Shown piece after piece: positions 20,344 through 29,358 of a stretch of 64,000 bases of DNA. This DNA comes from a virus (taxonomy: Duplodnaviria > Heunggongvirae > Uroviricota > Caudoviricetes). Numbering within the stretch: the first letter of the stretch is position 1; each line of letters starts with the position of its first letter. The notes beneath the pieces were generated by a model. It was not told the origin of the DNA. It worked only from the letters and a program-made list of their open reading frames with translations, and made no database searches. Position numbers and translations under genes: made by a program. Location of the stretch: positions 1,475-65,474 of IMG/VR virus record IMGVR_UViG_3300029742_000285; one strand, 5' to 3'.

Positions 20344-21099
20344 TCAATCCTGCAAAGCAATGACTTCGTAGGAACTATATCCAACAAAACCGGACGATGG
20401 GTAAAGTTCAAATGTTGTCGTTTGCCCAGACGGAAGTGCATCGGTTATGTATGTGTAATCGCCACCCACAGGAACTTCGTTTCCTTCGGTGTCTTTCATT
20501 TTATAAATGACGATAACTTTTATCCAGTTGCTCGTGAACTGGCTATTGTTTGTAATTTGACCTGTGTAACGCAGATCGTACCCAGAGCCACGTTTAGAAA
20601 CATTGGTAACGGAAAGCTCACCAGCACGAATAACCTGATTGGATGCGCTCGCTTTATGGAAATTCCACTCATCCGCACTAATGGTGTATTCCATTCTGGC
20701 CGGAGCAATGCCTTCAGAATCAAACGACACATATCCAGCGTACCAATAAGAGTCTCCCTCTGCAATCCAGTCAAGGGTTTGTTCATCGGTTTTTAATACT
20801 GAACCGTCAGAACCGAAAACAGAGGCCTTTAGAGATACAAAATCAACGGCGTAATCGGGGTACGTATTCTCAACCAGTACAGCGTAGTAGACATAGTATC
20901 TCGTTTTTCCGTATTCGTACTTGGTTTCAAGGTGACTATGGGATTCCTTAATGTTTATTGGCTGAACTTGCGTTGCGTTAGTTTCTTCCAGCTCAACGGG
21001 AGCAGACCATTCATCAGGCTTTGCAGTTGCCATTGCGCTAATAGGCATAGCAAGCATCATAGCTGCTGCTAGAGCCGCCGCAATGATTCTCTTTCTCAT
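20344..21099 (-). CDS. Secreted / cell-surface protein of unknown function (moron candidate)
   Basis: N-terminal signal peptide MRKRIIAAALAAAMMLAMPISAMA, beta-rich. Opposite orientation to its neighbours. Confidence 0.45.
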   Translation of the reverse strand: MRKRIIAAALAAAMMLAMPISAMATAKPDEWSAPVELEETNATQVQPINIKESHSHLETKYEYGKTRYYVYYAVLVENTYPDYAVDFVSLKASVFGSDGSVLKTDEQTLDWIAEGDSYWYAGYVSFDSEGIAPARMEYTISADEWNFHKASASNQVIRAGELSVTNVSKRGSGYDLRYTGQITNNSQFTSNWIKVIVIYKMKDTEGNEVPVGGDYTYITDALPSGQTTTFELYPSSGFVGYSSYEVIALQD

Positions 21100-21126
21100 T
21101 TTTGATTCTTCCTTTCTTTGGCCAGA

Positions 21127-21270
21127 ATTTTATATAACGTTTGAAATACCATGTGCCATAAGATACACGCCAAAAACCAAAAGAGCGGCGCCGATAATGA
21201 TGCCCCATATTGAAGCGGCGATCTTTTCGTTCTTTTCGCGTCTTTCTTTATTTTTGTCATTCTTTTGGTT
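21127..21270 (-). CDS. Small single-pass membrane protein (47 aa)
   Basis: RBS AAAGGAGGAATATGAA. Lys-rich N-terminus followed by a hydrophobic helix. Confidence 0.3.
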
Positions 21271-21767
21271 CATTTCATATTCCTCCTTTGTGACACCACA
21301 AAGTGATTATAGCACAATCTAGGCTCCGAAAGGGGTCTTTTTGTATTTTTTGGAATTTTTGGAGACTTGCACAATCGGATGGGTTTCATTTTGTGAAGGT
21401 GGGGTGGGTGTTGGCAAGGGGAACCCCGAAAACGGCCTTTTTCTTTTAAAAATTTTATCGCGGGCATGACCCACCCCACCCACAGCGCTCCCTGTATACC
21501 CCTCCGGTGGATACCCCAGCCCCCAGCGCGTCCGGGCAGACTGCGGAGCACAGGCAGCACCAGAACCAGGGCGGGCAAGTATCAGGGCAGACCGCCCACC
21601 CAAAAGCTGGACACGCTGCACCGGTCTGCACTTGATACCAGACAGACCGCGCCGGGCAAATCGGGGCGGCGGCGGGGCTGGAGTGCCTGCGCAGTGTGTC
21701 CGATAGGGCACGCCCAAACGGACATACAAGAAATAAACTTTTCCGTTTATTTTTTTGTTCAAAAGCC

Positions 21768-21820
21768 TTGACAAAATGAACGGAAACGTTTATACTATAG
21801 ACAGTGAACGGAAACGTTCA
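21768..21820 (+). promoter_or_regulatory. Sigma70 promoter (TTGACA-17-TATACT). Two copies of the operator TGAACGGAAACGTT(CA) lie in the spacer and at +1.
   Basis: TTGACAaaatgaacggaaacgttTATACTatagacagtgaacggaaacgttca. Second operator is the palindrome TGAACG-gaaa-CGTTCA. Confidence 0.5.
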
Positions 21821-21851
21821 TACACCACCACAAAACAGGAGGACAAAAACC

Positions 21852-22280
21852 ATGAAAAAGACCATCGACTATACCGCACTCGCCGATACCATCCGCGCAG
21901 AACTCAACGCCCGCCACGATCGCAGCGCGTGGGATAAAGCCGTTACGTTATACGCTCTCGACCTGCTGGACGATGTGCAGGAGGGTGCAGACAATATGGA
22001 GCGCTTACCCCTTGACGGCGCAGAGCTTGAGCGGTGGGCGCTTAACGGTGCAAGCTGCTGGGAGCAGTATAGCAACGGCGGTTGCTCCATCTGCTATGAC
22101 GCCGATATCGCCGCCCGCGTATGCACACCGTCTGAACTCAAGCGCAAGCACGGCGGAGCGTATGAACCAAACAGCCGGGAAACGTGGCTTGACGTGCAAG
22201 CCCGCGCACTGTACCAAGCTTGCAACCGTATCCGCACCATCTGCCGCACAAACGGCCTGTATTGCAAGGGGGTGCAGTAA
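21852..22280 (+). CDS. Hypothetical protein (143 aa) under the operator-controlled promoter
   Basis: RBS CAGGAGGACAAAAACC ATG. No recognisable motif. Confidence 0.4.
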   Translation: MKKTIDYTALADTIRAELNARHDRSAWDKAVTLYALDLLDDVQEGADNMERLPLDGAELERWALNGASCWEQYSNGGCSICYDADIAARVCTPSELKRKHGGAYEPNSRETWLDVQARALYQACNRIRTICRTNGLYCKGVQ

Positions 22281-22390
22281 AATGATTACTCTTGATTTTG
22301 CCCAGTGGGCCGCCCTCTGGTACGTGGGCGGCATGATTTCCGGCGCACTCGTTATGATTGCTTTTTTAAACAGCTGAGGAGGGCGAAAAA

Positions 22391-22588
22391 ATGACAATCG
22401 ATATTTACAAGCCGGAACTTGCTGCAGAGTATCGCGGCAACGTAAAAGCCGCTATCCGTGCCGGTGCTTATAGTGTATGGGACGCGGAACGCATTGCAGG
22501 CGCTTTTAATTTTGGACACGGTACGCAGGCCGATTTTGAGCGGCACAAAAAAGCAAATTCTGGCTTGCATCTTTTTATGGAGGTATAA
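22391..22588 (+). CDS. Hypothetical 65-aa protein
   Basis: RBS GAGGAGGGCG upstream. In the operon with the 21852 gene. Confidence 0.3.
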   Translation: MTIDIYKPELAAEYRGNVKAAIRAGAYSVWDAERIAGAFNFGHGTQADFERHKKANSGLHLFMEV

Positions 22589-22590
22589 AA

Positions 22591-22854
22591 ATGACGACTT
22601 TCGAAGAAAAGGTGAACGCATACCGCGAAAACAAACGGTTGATTGAAGAGCTTGAAGCAATGAATGACGCCGTAAAGGCTGAAATCATCGACATGATGCA
22701 CGGCGCGCCGGAAATGGTACAGGGCACTGCAAAGGCCATTTATAAGGACGTGCAGAGCATCCGACTTGATAGCAAGCTGCTTAAGACGCTACACCCTGAT
22801 GTATACGCCGAATGTAGCAGCAAAACCAGCTACAAGCGTTTTAGCGTGGTATGA
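22591..22854 (+). CDS. Hypothetical 87-aa protein
   Basis: RBS GGAGG upstream, translationally coupled to the 65-aa ORF. Confidence 0.3.
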   Translation: MTTFEEKVNAYRENKRLIEELEAMNDAVKAEIIDMMHGAPEMVQGTAKAIYKDVQSIRLDSKLLKTLHPDVYAECSSKTSYKRFSVV

Positions 22855-23079
22855 TGGGATGCGACAAGTGATATTATCTTGCATCTTGTTTTTCTTCTGG
22901 TTTTTCTCGGCGCTGTTTAAGGCGTCCAAGTGATACCGCACGGACACTTTAGCGGGGCTGCACCGTAAAGCAACCCCGCCCCAGCCCAAAAGGGTAAAAA
23001 ACTTTCTGCAAGTCCTGTTTTCGGGGCTTGCAATATGCTATACTGTAAAAAAGGGCAAAGCCCGGAAAAGAGGAAAACC

Positions 23080-23235
23080 ATGTTAAAAGACATTTCTAGC
23101 AGTGCCGCCGCCCTGTATGATGGAGGATGGAGAAGTACAGACGCCGACCAGCTCCGCACAGAATACGACTTGACAGAAGAAGAAACGCAAGAGCTTTGCG
23201 CCGCCCTTGCAGACCTTGAAGGAAAAAATAAATAA
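23080..23235 (+). CDS. Hypothetical 51-aa acidic protein
   Basis: RBS AAAAGAGGAAAACC ATG. Followed by a terminator. Confidence 0.3.
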   Translation: MLKDISSSAAALYDGGWRSTDADQLRTEYDLTEEETQELCAALADLEGKNK

Positions 23236-23241
23236 TTCCTA

Positions 23242-23270
23242 CCCCGTCCGCGTGGCGGGGCTTTTCTTTT
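23242..23270 (+). terminator. Rho-independent terminator
   Basis: CCCCGTCCGCGTGGCGGGG hairpin followed by CTTTTCTTTT. Confidence 0.5.
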
Positions 23271-23865
23271 GCCTTGCATCTGCTGAGGGTGCAGGGCTTT
23301 TATTTTGTCCTGCTGCAATACAGCCACGCGCAAGCGTTTACAGCGCGTTTTGTGTCGTCCATGTAAATTATACCGCCAACGCTGCAAAGCATCATACAGT
23401 GCTTTACTGCGGCTTTTCCGGCGCTTGTGCCCGCTCAGCCGCCCACGATACCAGACCGACACAAGCGGCTATAATACCGCCTGCACCACGCTGGAGCGCA
23501 TCACAGCGCCGCAACGCATCCAGCGCATACCAGATAACACCGCCACGCCAGACGCTGTACAGACCAGCGCAACCGCCCTATTATAATAAGGTATATAAGG
23601 GTGCGTCCCTGTTATGGATTCATGCCAGCCCGGCGGGGTCAGCTACTGCCGTCTGTGGATTGCTGGCAAGTGCTGGCAGCGTGTCAGCAGTACAGACCCG
23701 GCGCACCCGCTGAGGGGTCAGCGTCTCCACCTGTACAGGGTCAGCCCGGCAGCTTGCAATTTAGCACCGGCTGGCGCCCTCCACCCGGCGGGGCAGTCGG
23801 GCAGTGGCGCGGCGGGCGGCGCGGAACCATTGGCGGCTCTCGCCGCAGCTCTTTTCGGGCTTTCG

Positions 23866-24146
23866 CCCGATAGCCAATAGAGGTCAGCAATAGTCGTAAC
23901 AGATTCTGGAATAGTCATAGCCAATAGTCGTAGTTTCTCCAATAAAATAGTCGTAAAATAGTCGTAAAGTCGTCAGACGACTAGCTTTTGAAAGTCCTAT
24001 ATATAGTATATTAACGAACAGTTTGCTAATAGTCGCAAAGCAATAACAGCAGCACTTTCTTGCGAATCATCGTCAAATAGTCATGTATTTTTTGTGCGAA
24101 ATAGTCGTTCGTCTTTTAGAGAAAGAGAGGCGCGATAGTCGCTAAG
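23866..24146. repeat. Iteron array: at least 9 direct copies of (A)ATAGTCG(T/C)(A), plus the palindrome GTCGTCAGACGAC
   Basis: Copies at 23888, 23909, 23922, 23945, 23958, 24027, 24076, 24098 and 24134. Further copies at 24447 and 24869. Confidence 0.5.
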
Positions 24147-24159
24147 TCATCCGACCACT

Positions 24160-24900
24160 CCAAAATCACCTCTCGTTCCAATTTCGCATAATTTATTCCT
24201 ACACCAGTTATATCTGTTTCGTATAATAACCGTACTTATTATAGTATACAGATATAGTTACTCCCGATAATCACGGATTATTTCGTATAATAGCTTGTAC
24301 CATCCGATTCTGTTCGTTCCTGCTCGTTTTAATTCCCAGTAAAGCGCTATGGTATTTTAGCTAATCTATAGCATTCTGCTATGAATAGTATATGCAACAT
24401 TTCTACATATTCAACTGACAACAAAATTACGTCAATTCTCCATTTGAAATAGTCGTAGACCATCCACTAGTCCGAGCCCCACGCCAGCTCTCGTCTACGG
24501 TCTGCTTTGCTGTCTAACGGTATAGCTTTGGAGATAGAGGGTTGTAGGGGGAAAGAACCTTTGCAAGACATTTGGTTGTCGTTTCAAGTTGTCGCAGTTG
24601 TCGCACCATTTTGGCGTGGGGACATGAAATAGCTTGTCTATTTCATGGAAGGGAGATAGAGAGATAGATAGATAATAATAGGGGGTTGTAGGGGGGAAGA
24701 AGAAGGAAGGAAGAGAGGAAGATTGGTATGCAAACGCATCATGTGAATCCATTCGCATTCAAACGCATCTCGCTGACAGTCGCTCTCAAACGCTACCCAA
24801 TCAAGACGGCTCCTGTTCAAAAACCAACTTTGCCGTTTTCTCCCGATAAATAACAGGCAAAAAAGCACGGAATAGTCGCAGAGGGTAGTTTTACCACCCG
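24160..24900. repeat. AT-rich origin-like region with direct repeats, a 10-bp perfect IR hairpin and flanking GAGATAGA...GGTTGTAGGGGGAAGAA direct repeats
   Basis: Direct repeats TTTCGTATAATA at about 24218 and 24282. IR CATGAAATAG/CTATTTCATG at 24623-24647. GTTGTCGC x3 at about 24577-24610. Confidence 0.4.
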
Positions 24901-24952
24901 ATAACATTCCATGCTTTCCGATACGTTTGTTGATTGGGGATTTTAGCGGAGA

Positions 24953-25234
24953 TTAGATTCTGCCACCTGCTTGCATCTTGCGCATACGTTCTGCGGCAGC
25001 TTCCTTCTGCTCGTCCGTCATAATCCTGCTGGTCGCAAACCGCACAAGCCGCTTAGGCATCTTATACCACTTGCCGTCCTTGTCCTGCTTGACCAGCTTG
25101 TACGATGCAGGCTCGCGCTCACACAGCTTGTCCAACTTACGCATATACACCGGGTCAGCGGTATAAACCGATGCAGTATCTTCCGCTGCATTGAAGTTGA
25201 CGATGGTCTCCTGTTCCAGTCGAGTGATGTTCAT
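24953..25234 (-). CDS. Hypothetical phage protein (93 aa)
   Basis: RBS GGAGGAAAACG upstream of ATG at 25234. Confidence 0.35.
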   Translation of the reverse strand: MNITRLEQETIVNFNAAEDTASVYTADPVYMRKLDKLCEREPASYKLVKQDKDGKWYKMPKRLVRFATSRIMTDEQKEAAAERMRKMQAGGRI

Positions 25235-25364
25235 AATCGTTTTCCTCCGTTTGTTGATTGATGAAAAATATTTATGGGGTGCAAGCGGTAACTCTTTATC
25301 GCCAAGACCCTGTTATCTGTTTTTCTTGCCTATTCTACCGTGACGATACGAGCGCAGAAGCGGT

Positions 25365-26282
25365 TTAAGCCATGTAGTCCTCAAATCGTTTAACCGACTT
25401 GAAGATAATTTTGTTGTTACACCATCTCTGCAAGTGTCGAATCTCTTTCGGTGCGGATGGCTTGTTATAAATCATCACATAAGGGTCGTAGCCCAGATCA
25501 CGAAGCGTGTAGATGCGATACAGGTCTTGTTCCAACGTGCTGTTAAAGTTCGTTAGACAGTAAACCATTCCAATGTTCGACTTACGCCGAAATCCCTTTG
25601 CAAAGTCCTCAAACTTGCCTTTCAAGTCATCGTTAGGGTTATCCCACGCAAAATGTAGCGTGCCAATCCGCATTTTGTTAATGTCCTCAATGTCTGCTTG
25701 ATTCAACAATCGAATGTCCAGACCTTGCGTGAAGTCGATTTTGGCGTGGGTGTCAATGTACTGCTGCATGAGGTCACGCTTCTCTCTGCAAGCTGTGATG
25801 TTCGGGTCTAAAACTTTGATTTCGTCCTGACCGCACCAAAAGTCGCTTACATCTGCCACTTTTACGGCACATCTTCCCTCTTTTGCTGCAACATGGCAGA
25901 AGGAACATCCTCTAGGGCATCCCCGGCTTGTCATGCTGACTGCAAACGGGAACTGTGGGTAAATGCTATAATCAGGAAAAGACTTTTCGATTTCAGGCGG
26001 TAAATCAACGTCTTTCGATTTATCGAATATTTCTTTGCCGTCCACTGTGCGGATTGCGTATCCTGTGCCGCCTTTAATCACCTTGTCAGCGTTCAATGGT
26101 TCTGGCACGTCAGGGCTGTACACGTCTGAAAAAATCTTGCTCATGTACACAATGTCATAGTGGACAAAATCACTCCACCACCATTCAACATCATCGCCTT
26201 TTGCCTTGTGATAGCTTGAAATCCGCATCAATGCAAGGTTCGGGAAATTGTGTCCGTCTACGTCAATCAATCCAATTTTCAT
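25365..26282 (-). CDS. Radical SAM domain protein with B12-binding-like N-terminal region
   Basis: CPRGCSFC (CxxxCxxC) motif at about residue 120. N-terminal MKIGLIDVDGHNFPNLALMRISSY resembles a Rossmann-like cobalamin-binding fold. Confidence 0.55.
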   Translation of the reverse strand: MKIGLIDVDGHNFPNLALMRISSYHKAKGDDVEWWWSDFVHYDIVYMSKIFSDVYSPDVPEPLNADKVIKGGTGYAIRTVDGKEIFDKSKDVDLPPEIEKSFPDYSIYPQFPFAVSMTSRGCPRGCSFCHVAAKEGRCAVKVADVSDFWCGQDEIKVLDPNITACREKRDLMQQYIDTHAKIDFTQGLDIRLLNQADIEDINKMRIGTLHFAWDNPNDDLKGKFEDFAKGFRRKSNIGMVYCLTNFNSTLEQDLYRIYTLRDLGYDPYVMIYNKPSAPKEIRHLQRWCNNKIIFKSVKRFEDYMA

Positions 26283-26291
26283 GTTTTTACC

Positions 26292-27515
26292 TCACATCCA
26301 TACGCATTCTTTGAACTGCTGCGTCTCCGTCTGGAACGTGATGTCCAGTGACCCAACGTTGCCCTCTTTGTTCTTCTCAAGTGCAAAGTGATAATGCTGC
26401 TCCGGTCGTTTTTTTGTGGTCACGTTCTGTGCCAGCAGGATAATCGCATCTGCGTCCTGCTCGATTTGCCCGGATTCTCGTAAGTCTGCGGCGGTTGGTG
26501 GGATACCTGCTCTTGCGGTCTCTCGATTGAGCTGCGCAAGTGCTACCACCAGCGTTCCTGTGGACTGTGCGAACTCATGCAGTGCCATGCTAATCTCCGT
26601 GACGGCACTGTATCGGTCTTTCGCTCCAGCTTGATGGATAAGTTGCAAATAGTCGATGAACACTACTTTGGCTTGCATCCTGATGGACTGCGTTCTAATC
26701 CACCCAACGCTCTTACCAGCGGCAGAGCGGACGAACAGCGGATATTTCTTGATAGCTGCCAACCGGTCAAGCTCATCAATGCTGACGGTCTTGTTTTTGA
26801 CTGTGTGCAGCGGTACGCCTAGCTGGTTTGCGATAATACGGGCATAGAGTGTATCCGGGTCTGTCTCTAGGCTGAAATACGCCACCTTACGTCCGTTCTT
26901 GGCTATTTCACAGGCAAGTTGCAGGGATAGAGCGGTCTTACCGGCAGACGGTCTGCCGCCGATCACAACGAAGTTGCCCGGCACAAGATGTAAGTTGTTA
27001 TCCAGCACTTTAAGCCCTGTGCTGATATACTCCGGTTTATCATCCAGCTTGCGGATGTAATTGTCTATGCCGTCACACATGGGTATAAAGTCGCTTCTCT
27101 CGGTGTGCAGATTGATTGCTTCGCCTAGCTGCTCATAAATGCCCGTCAGGTCTGCGTATCTGGTCGAGCCATCAACGATTTTGAACGCAATCTCTCTGGC
27201 TCTGGACAATGCTGCCTGTTCCTTGACGATTCCAGTCCATCCAAGCATCATGTCATGGGTGACGTTTCGGATGAACTCTGCTCCGAAGGCATCCAGACAT
27301 TCACCCATTGCTTTCTTGCAGTTATCGTACCGCCCCATAACTTCTACCGGGTTCCATTTGTCGTTGTGTTCCCAATAGCCGCGAATGGCAGCGAATGTAT
27401 CACGCAGTTCTGGGCAAAAATCGTCGATTTTAAGGTCTTGCAGCACATCGGCATACTCAGAGAACGTGAGGACTGCCCCCAGCAGGATGTATTGGGTCTG
27501 ATTTTCAATATTCAC
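26292..27515 (-). CDS. dnaB: Replicative DNA helicase (DnaB family)
   Basis: Walker A GGRPSAGKTALSLQLA, Walker B VVFIDYLQL. About 407 aa. Confidence 0.8.
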   Translation of the reverse strand: MNIENQTQYILLGAVLTFSEYADVLQDLKIDDFCPELRDTFAAIRGYWEHNDKWNPVEVMGRYDNCKKAMGECLDAFGAEFIRNVTHDMMLGWTGIVKEQAALSRAREIAFKIVDGSTRYADLTGIYEQLGEAINLHTERSDFIPMCDGIDNYIRKLDDKPEYISTGLKVLDNNLHLVPGNFVVIGGRPSAGKTALSLQLACEIAKNGRKVAYFSLETDPDTLYARIIANQLGVPLHTVKNKTVSIDELDRLAAIKKYPLFVRSAAGKSVGWIRTQSIRMQAKVVFIDYLQLIHQAGAKDRYSAVTEISMALHEFAQSTGTLVVALAQLNRETARAGIPPTAADLRESGQIEQDADAIILLAQNVTTKKRPEQHYHFALEKNKEGNVGSLDITFQTETQQFKECVWM

Positions 27516-28222
27516 CGCAGAAAGTCTCCCTCGTCAGGCAATTCAGCCGTTGTCTGCTGGTAGCCACCGTTCCAGTCCTTCACGTTACGAATCCAGTTTC
27601 GTGCAGCAGCTTTCCAGTCCTTCATAGGCGATTTACCGACCTTCCAGCCATTTGCCGTGAAGTGATCAATGAACCGCTCCGCTTCCAGTCCGCCGTATCC
27701 CTTTTCGGCAAAGTAGGATTTCGCTTCTTCGACAGTCGGAGCTTTGAAGCGTTTGACTTCGTTGGTATTTTTCTTTTCACATTTTTCTTTTTTATCAGAT
27801 TCAGATACAGAATCAGATACAGATAAGCTACCATTCGTATCAGTTGGTATGTTTGGTATACCATTTATACCATTCGTATCCTGTGGTACCATTGGTATGC
27901 TTTCGTGTTTTTTATCGTTCCAACGCTTGTTTATATTTTTCTTGTTTGCTTCTCGTCTACGCTTATCACGTTCTTCCATCTTCTGCACGTTCATATCATC
28001 GAACGCCTTAACAACTTTCCAGATCATCCGCATAGCACGGTCGTTGTCGTATGCTGGCTCAAGTCCAGTCTCAACATACTGTGCGTAGTTGCGGATGAAT
28101 GCTCCAAATTCCTCGTCTGTCAGCTCGTCCATCGCATGAACGTGTTCCAACAGAAGAATCATTGATGTTCTTGGTTTGCGTTCCTGCTCCATACTTAATC
28201 CTCTTTGTAGCGTTTGTTCCAT
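27512..28222 (-). CDS. Replication initiation / replisome organizer-like protein; its low-complexity linker is encoded by a repeat array
   Basis: Located just upstream of dnaB with start/stop overlap. Conserved C-terminal domain (EEAKSYFAEKGYGG...WKAAARNWIRN). Confidence 0.4.
   Translation of the reverse strand: MEQTLQRGLSMEQERKPRTSMILLLEHVHAMDELTDEEFGAFIRNYAQYVETGLEPAYDNDRAMRMIWKVVKAFDDMNVQKMEERDKRRREANKKNINKRWNDKKHESIPMVPQDTNGINGIPNIPTDTNGSLSVSDSVSESDKKEKCEKKNTNEVKRFKAPTVEEAKSYFAEKGYGGLEAERFIDHFTANGWKVGKSPMKDWKAAARNWIRNVKDWNGGYQQTTAELPDEGDFLR
27785..27900. repeat. Intragenic direct repeats (putative origin iterons): CAGAT(T/A)CAGATA tandems and TACCATTCGTATC x2
   Basis: Seen directly at 27785-27900 inside the organizer gene. 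Analogous to lambda ori inside gene O. Confidence 0.4.
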
Positions 28223-28425
28223 GCTTCGATAAGGTCGGCTTTGATTCTTGCTTTTTCGCTTTCAGGAGAATCAAGCGTATAACTCCTGCTCTCCATGAAA
28301 ATTCGACATTTGCATTTATTATTTCCATGTCCTCTTGTAACGAACATCCATAATTCGGAATCATGGCTTGTTTCCGCAATAGCCACTTTCCCGCCGCAAA
28401 ACGGGCATCTCTTAAGTTCTTCCAT
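28195..28425 (-). CDS. lar: Restriction alleviation protein, Lar family
   Basis: 76 aa. N-terminal CPFCGG zinc motif and C-terminal AWNKRY, both characteristic of Lar. Confidence 0.55.
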   Translation of the reverse strand: MEELKRCPFCGGKVAIAETSHDSELWMFVTRGHGNNKCKCRIFMESRSYTLDSPESEKARIKADLIEAWNKRYKED

Positions 28426-28437
28426 CTTTAATTCTCC

Positions 28438-28719
28438 TTAAAACAGGCACTCAGCGTCAGGTTCACGCAGCCATCCTTCGCCCGGAATATTGACTATCTC
28501 ATAATACTGCCGTGCAACGTAGATTGTTTTCTGCCCATCCTCAGCAATCAGACCGACAATCAGATAGCTGCCATGAGCCATAAAGAACCAAGGTTCGCTC
28601 TTGTAAGTCTCGCCCTTCATCCAGTTTTTCATCCTGTTCACGGCTTTTTCAATATCCTTATCTGGGCAGTCCGGGTTGTCGTATGCAAAGAAGTCCTCAG
28701 GAAATTTAAGTTTTTTCAT
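28438..28719 (-). CDS. Hypothetical protein (93 aa)
   Basis: Complete ORF in the early operon. Confidence 0.3.
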   Translation of the reverse strand: MKKLKFPEDFFAYDNPDCPDKDIEKAVNRMKNWMKGETYKSEPWFFMAHGSYLIVGLIAEDGQKTIYVARQYYEIVNIPGEGWLREPDAECLF

Positions 28720-28904
28720 TTTCTGAACCCCTCTCTTGTTCTCGTGATTCGCTTATGAGCCTTTACAGGCCTTTCGCCTTTGCCGTAAGCTGGGCGAATA
28801 TGTTTTGCCTTGATATACCCACAAGGCGGTTTCGGCCCGAAATCAAAAAGGCTCAAGTCCATAATGATGATGCCAAACTTCTTGTTCGTCATGTTTACTG
28901 CTCC

Positions 28905-29102
28905 TTACGCATACCATTTCGGCGCTTCATTGAAGATTTCCACGCCTTTTGCAAAGCCAAGCTTTTCTAAGGTTTCACACATTATGCCGTCCATCATGCT
29001 GTGAACGATTTCTTCATCATCGCCGTACTTTTGGTATGCTTCCTGCATTTCTGCCGTGAATGCGTCAACCATATCTTGCGTAATAACGATATTGTTTTCC
29101 AT
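28905..29102 (-). CDS. Hypothetical acidic protein (65 aa)
   Basis: Internal start MENNIVITQ preceded by AGGAGGG. Confidence 0.3.
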   Translation of the reverse strand: MENNIVITQDMVDAFTAEMQEAYQKYGDDEEIVHSMMDGIMCETLEKLGFAKGVEIFNEAPKWYA

Positions 29103-29110
29103 GAGCCCTC

Positions 29111-29344
29111 CTATACCATAGGAAACGCCATCCAATGCGTCACCGTCACATCTTTCGGCAGTCTCTCGCCTATCTCATCCCAAAACTGACCGTCTGCATA
29201 ACAGCCAAGAAAGTACGCTGTCGGCGAGATTCCTTGCAACATTTTTCCATTTTCATCACGCCACGTTGTCTTAGTCGCAAGCAACAAAGGCTGCGTTCGC
29301 TCTCGTGGCGGTTCGTTTGCTGGATGCCAGAGTGTGTTAGCCAT
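29111..29344 (-). CDS. DUF551-like phage protein
   Basis: WHPANEPP...THWMAFP pattern typical of DUF551. Confidence 0.35.
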   Translation of the reverse strand: MANTLWHPANEPPRERTQPLLLATKTTWRDENGKMLQGISPTAYFLGCYADGQFWDEIGERLPKDVTVTHWMAFPMV

Positions 29345-29358
29345 CACCCTTTCTCCCT

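Noticed and set aside
21319-21774. Overlapping ORFs on both strands (151 aa and 101 aa)
   Set aside because: GC-rich interval with Pro/Arg/Gly-rich translations in every frame and no RBS. Treated as non-coding.
23866-24146. Possible CRISPR array
   Set aside because: Repeat unit only about 8-11 bp, irregular spacing of 10-30 bp, no cas genes. Consistent with iterons, not CRISPR.
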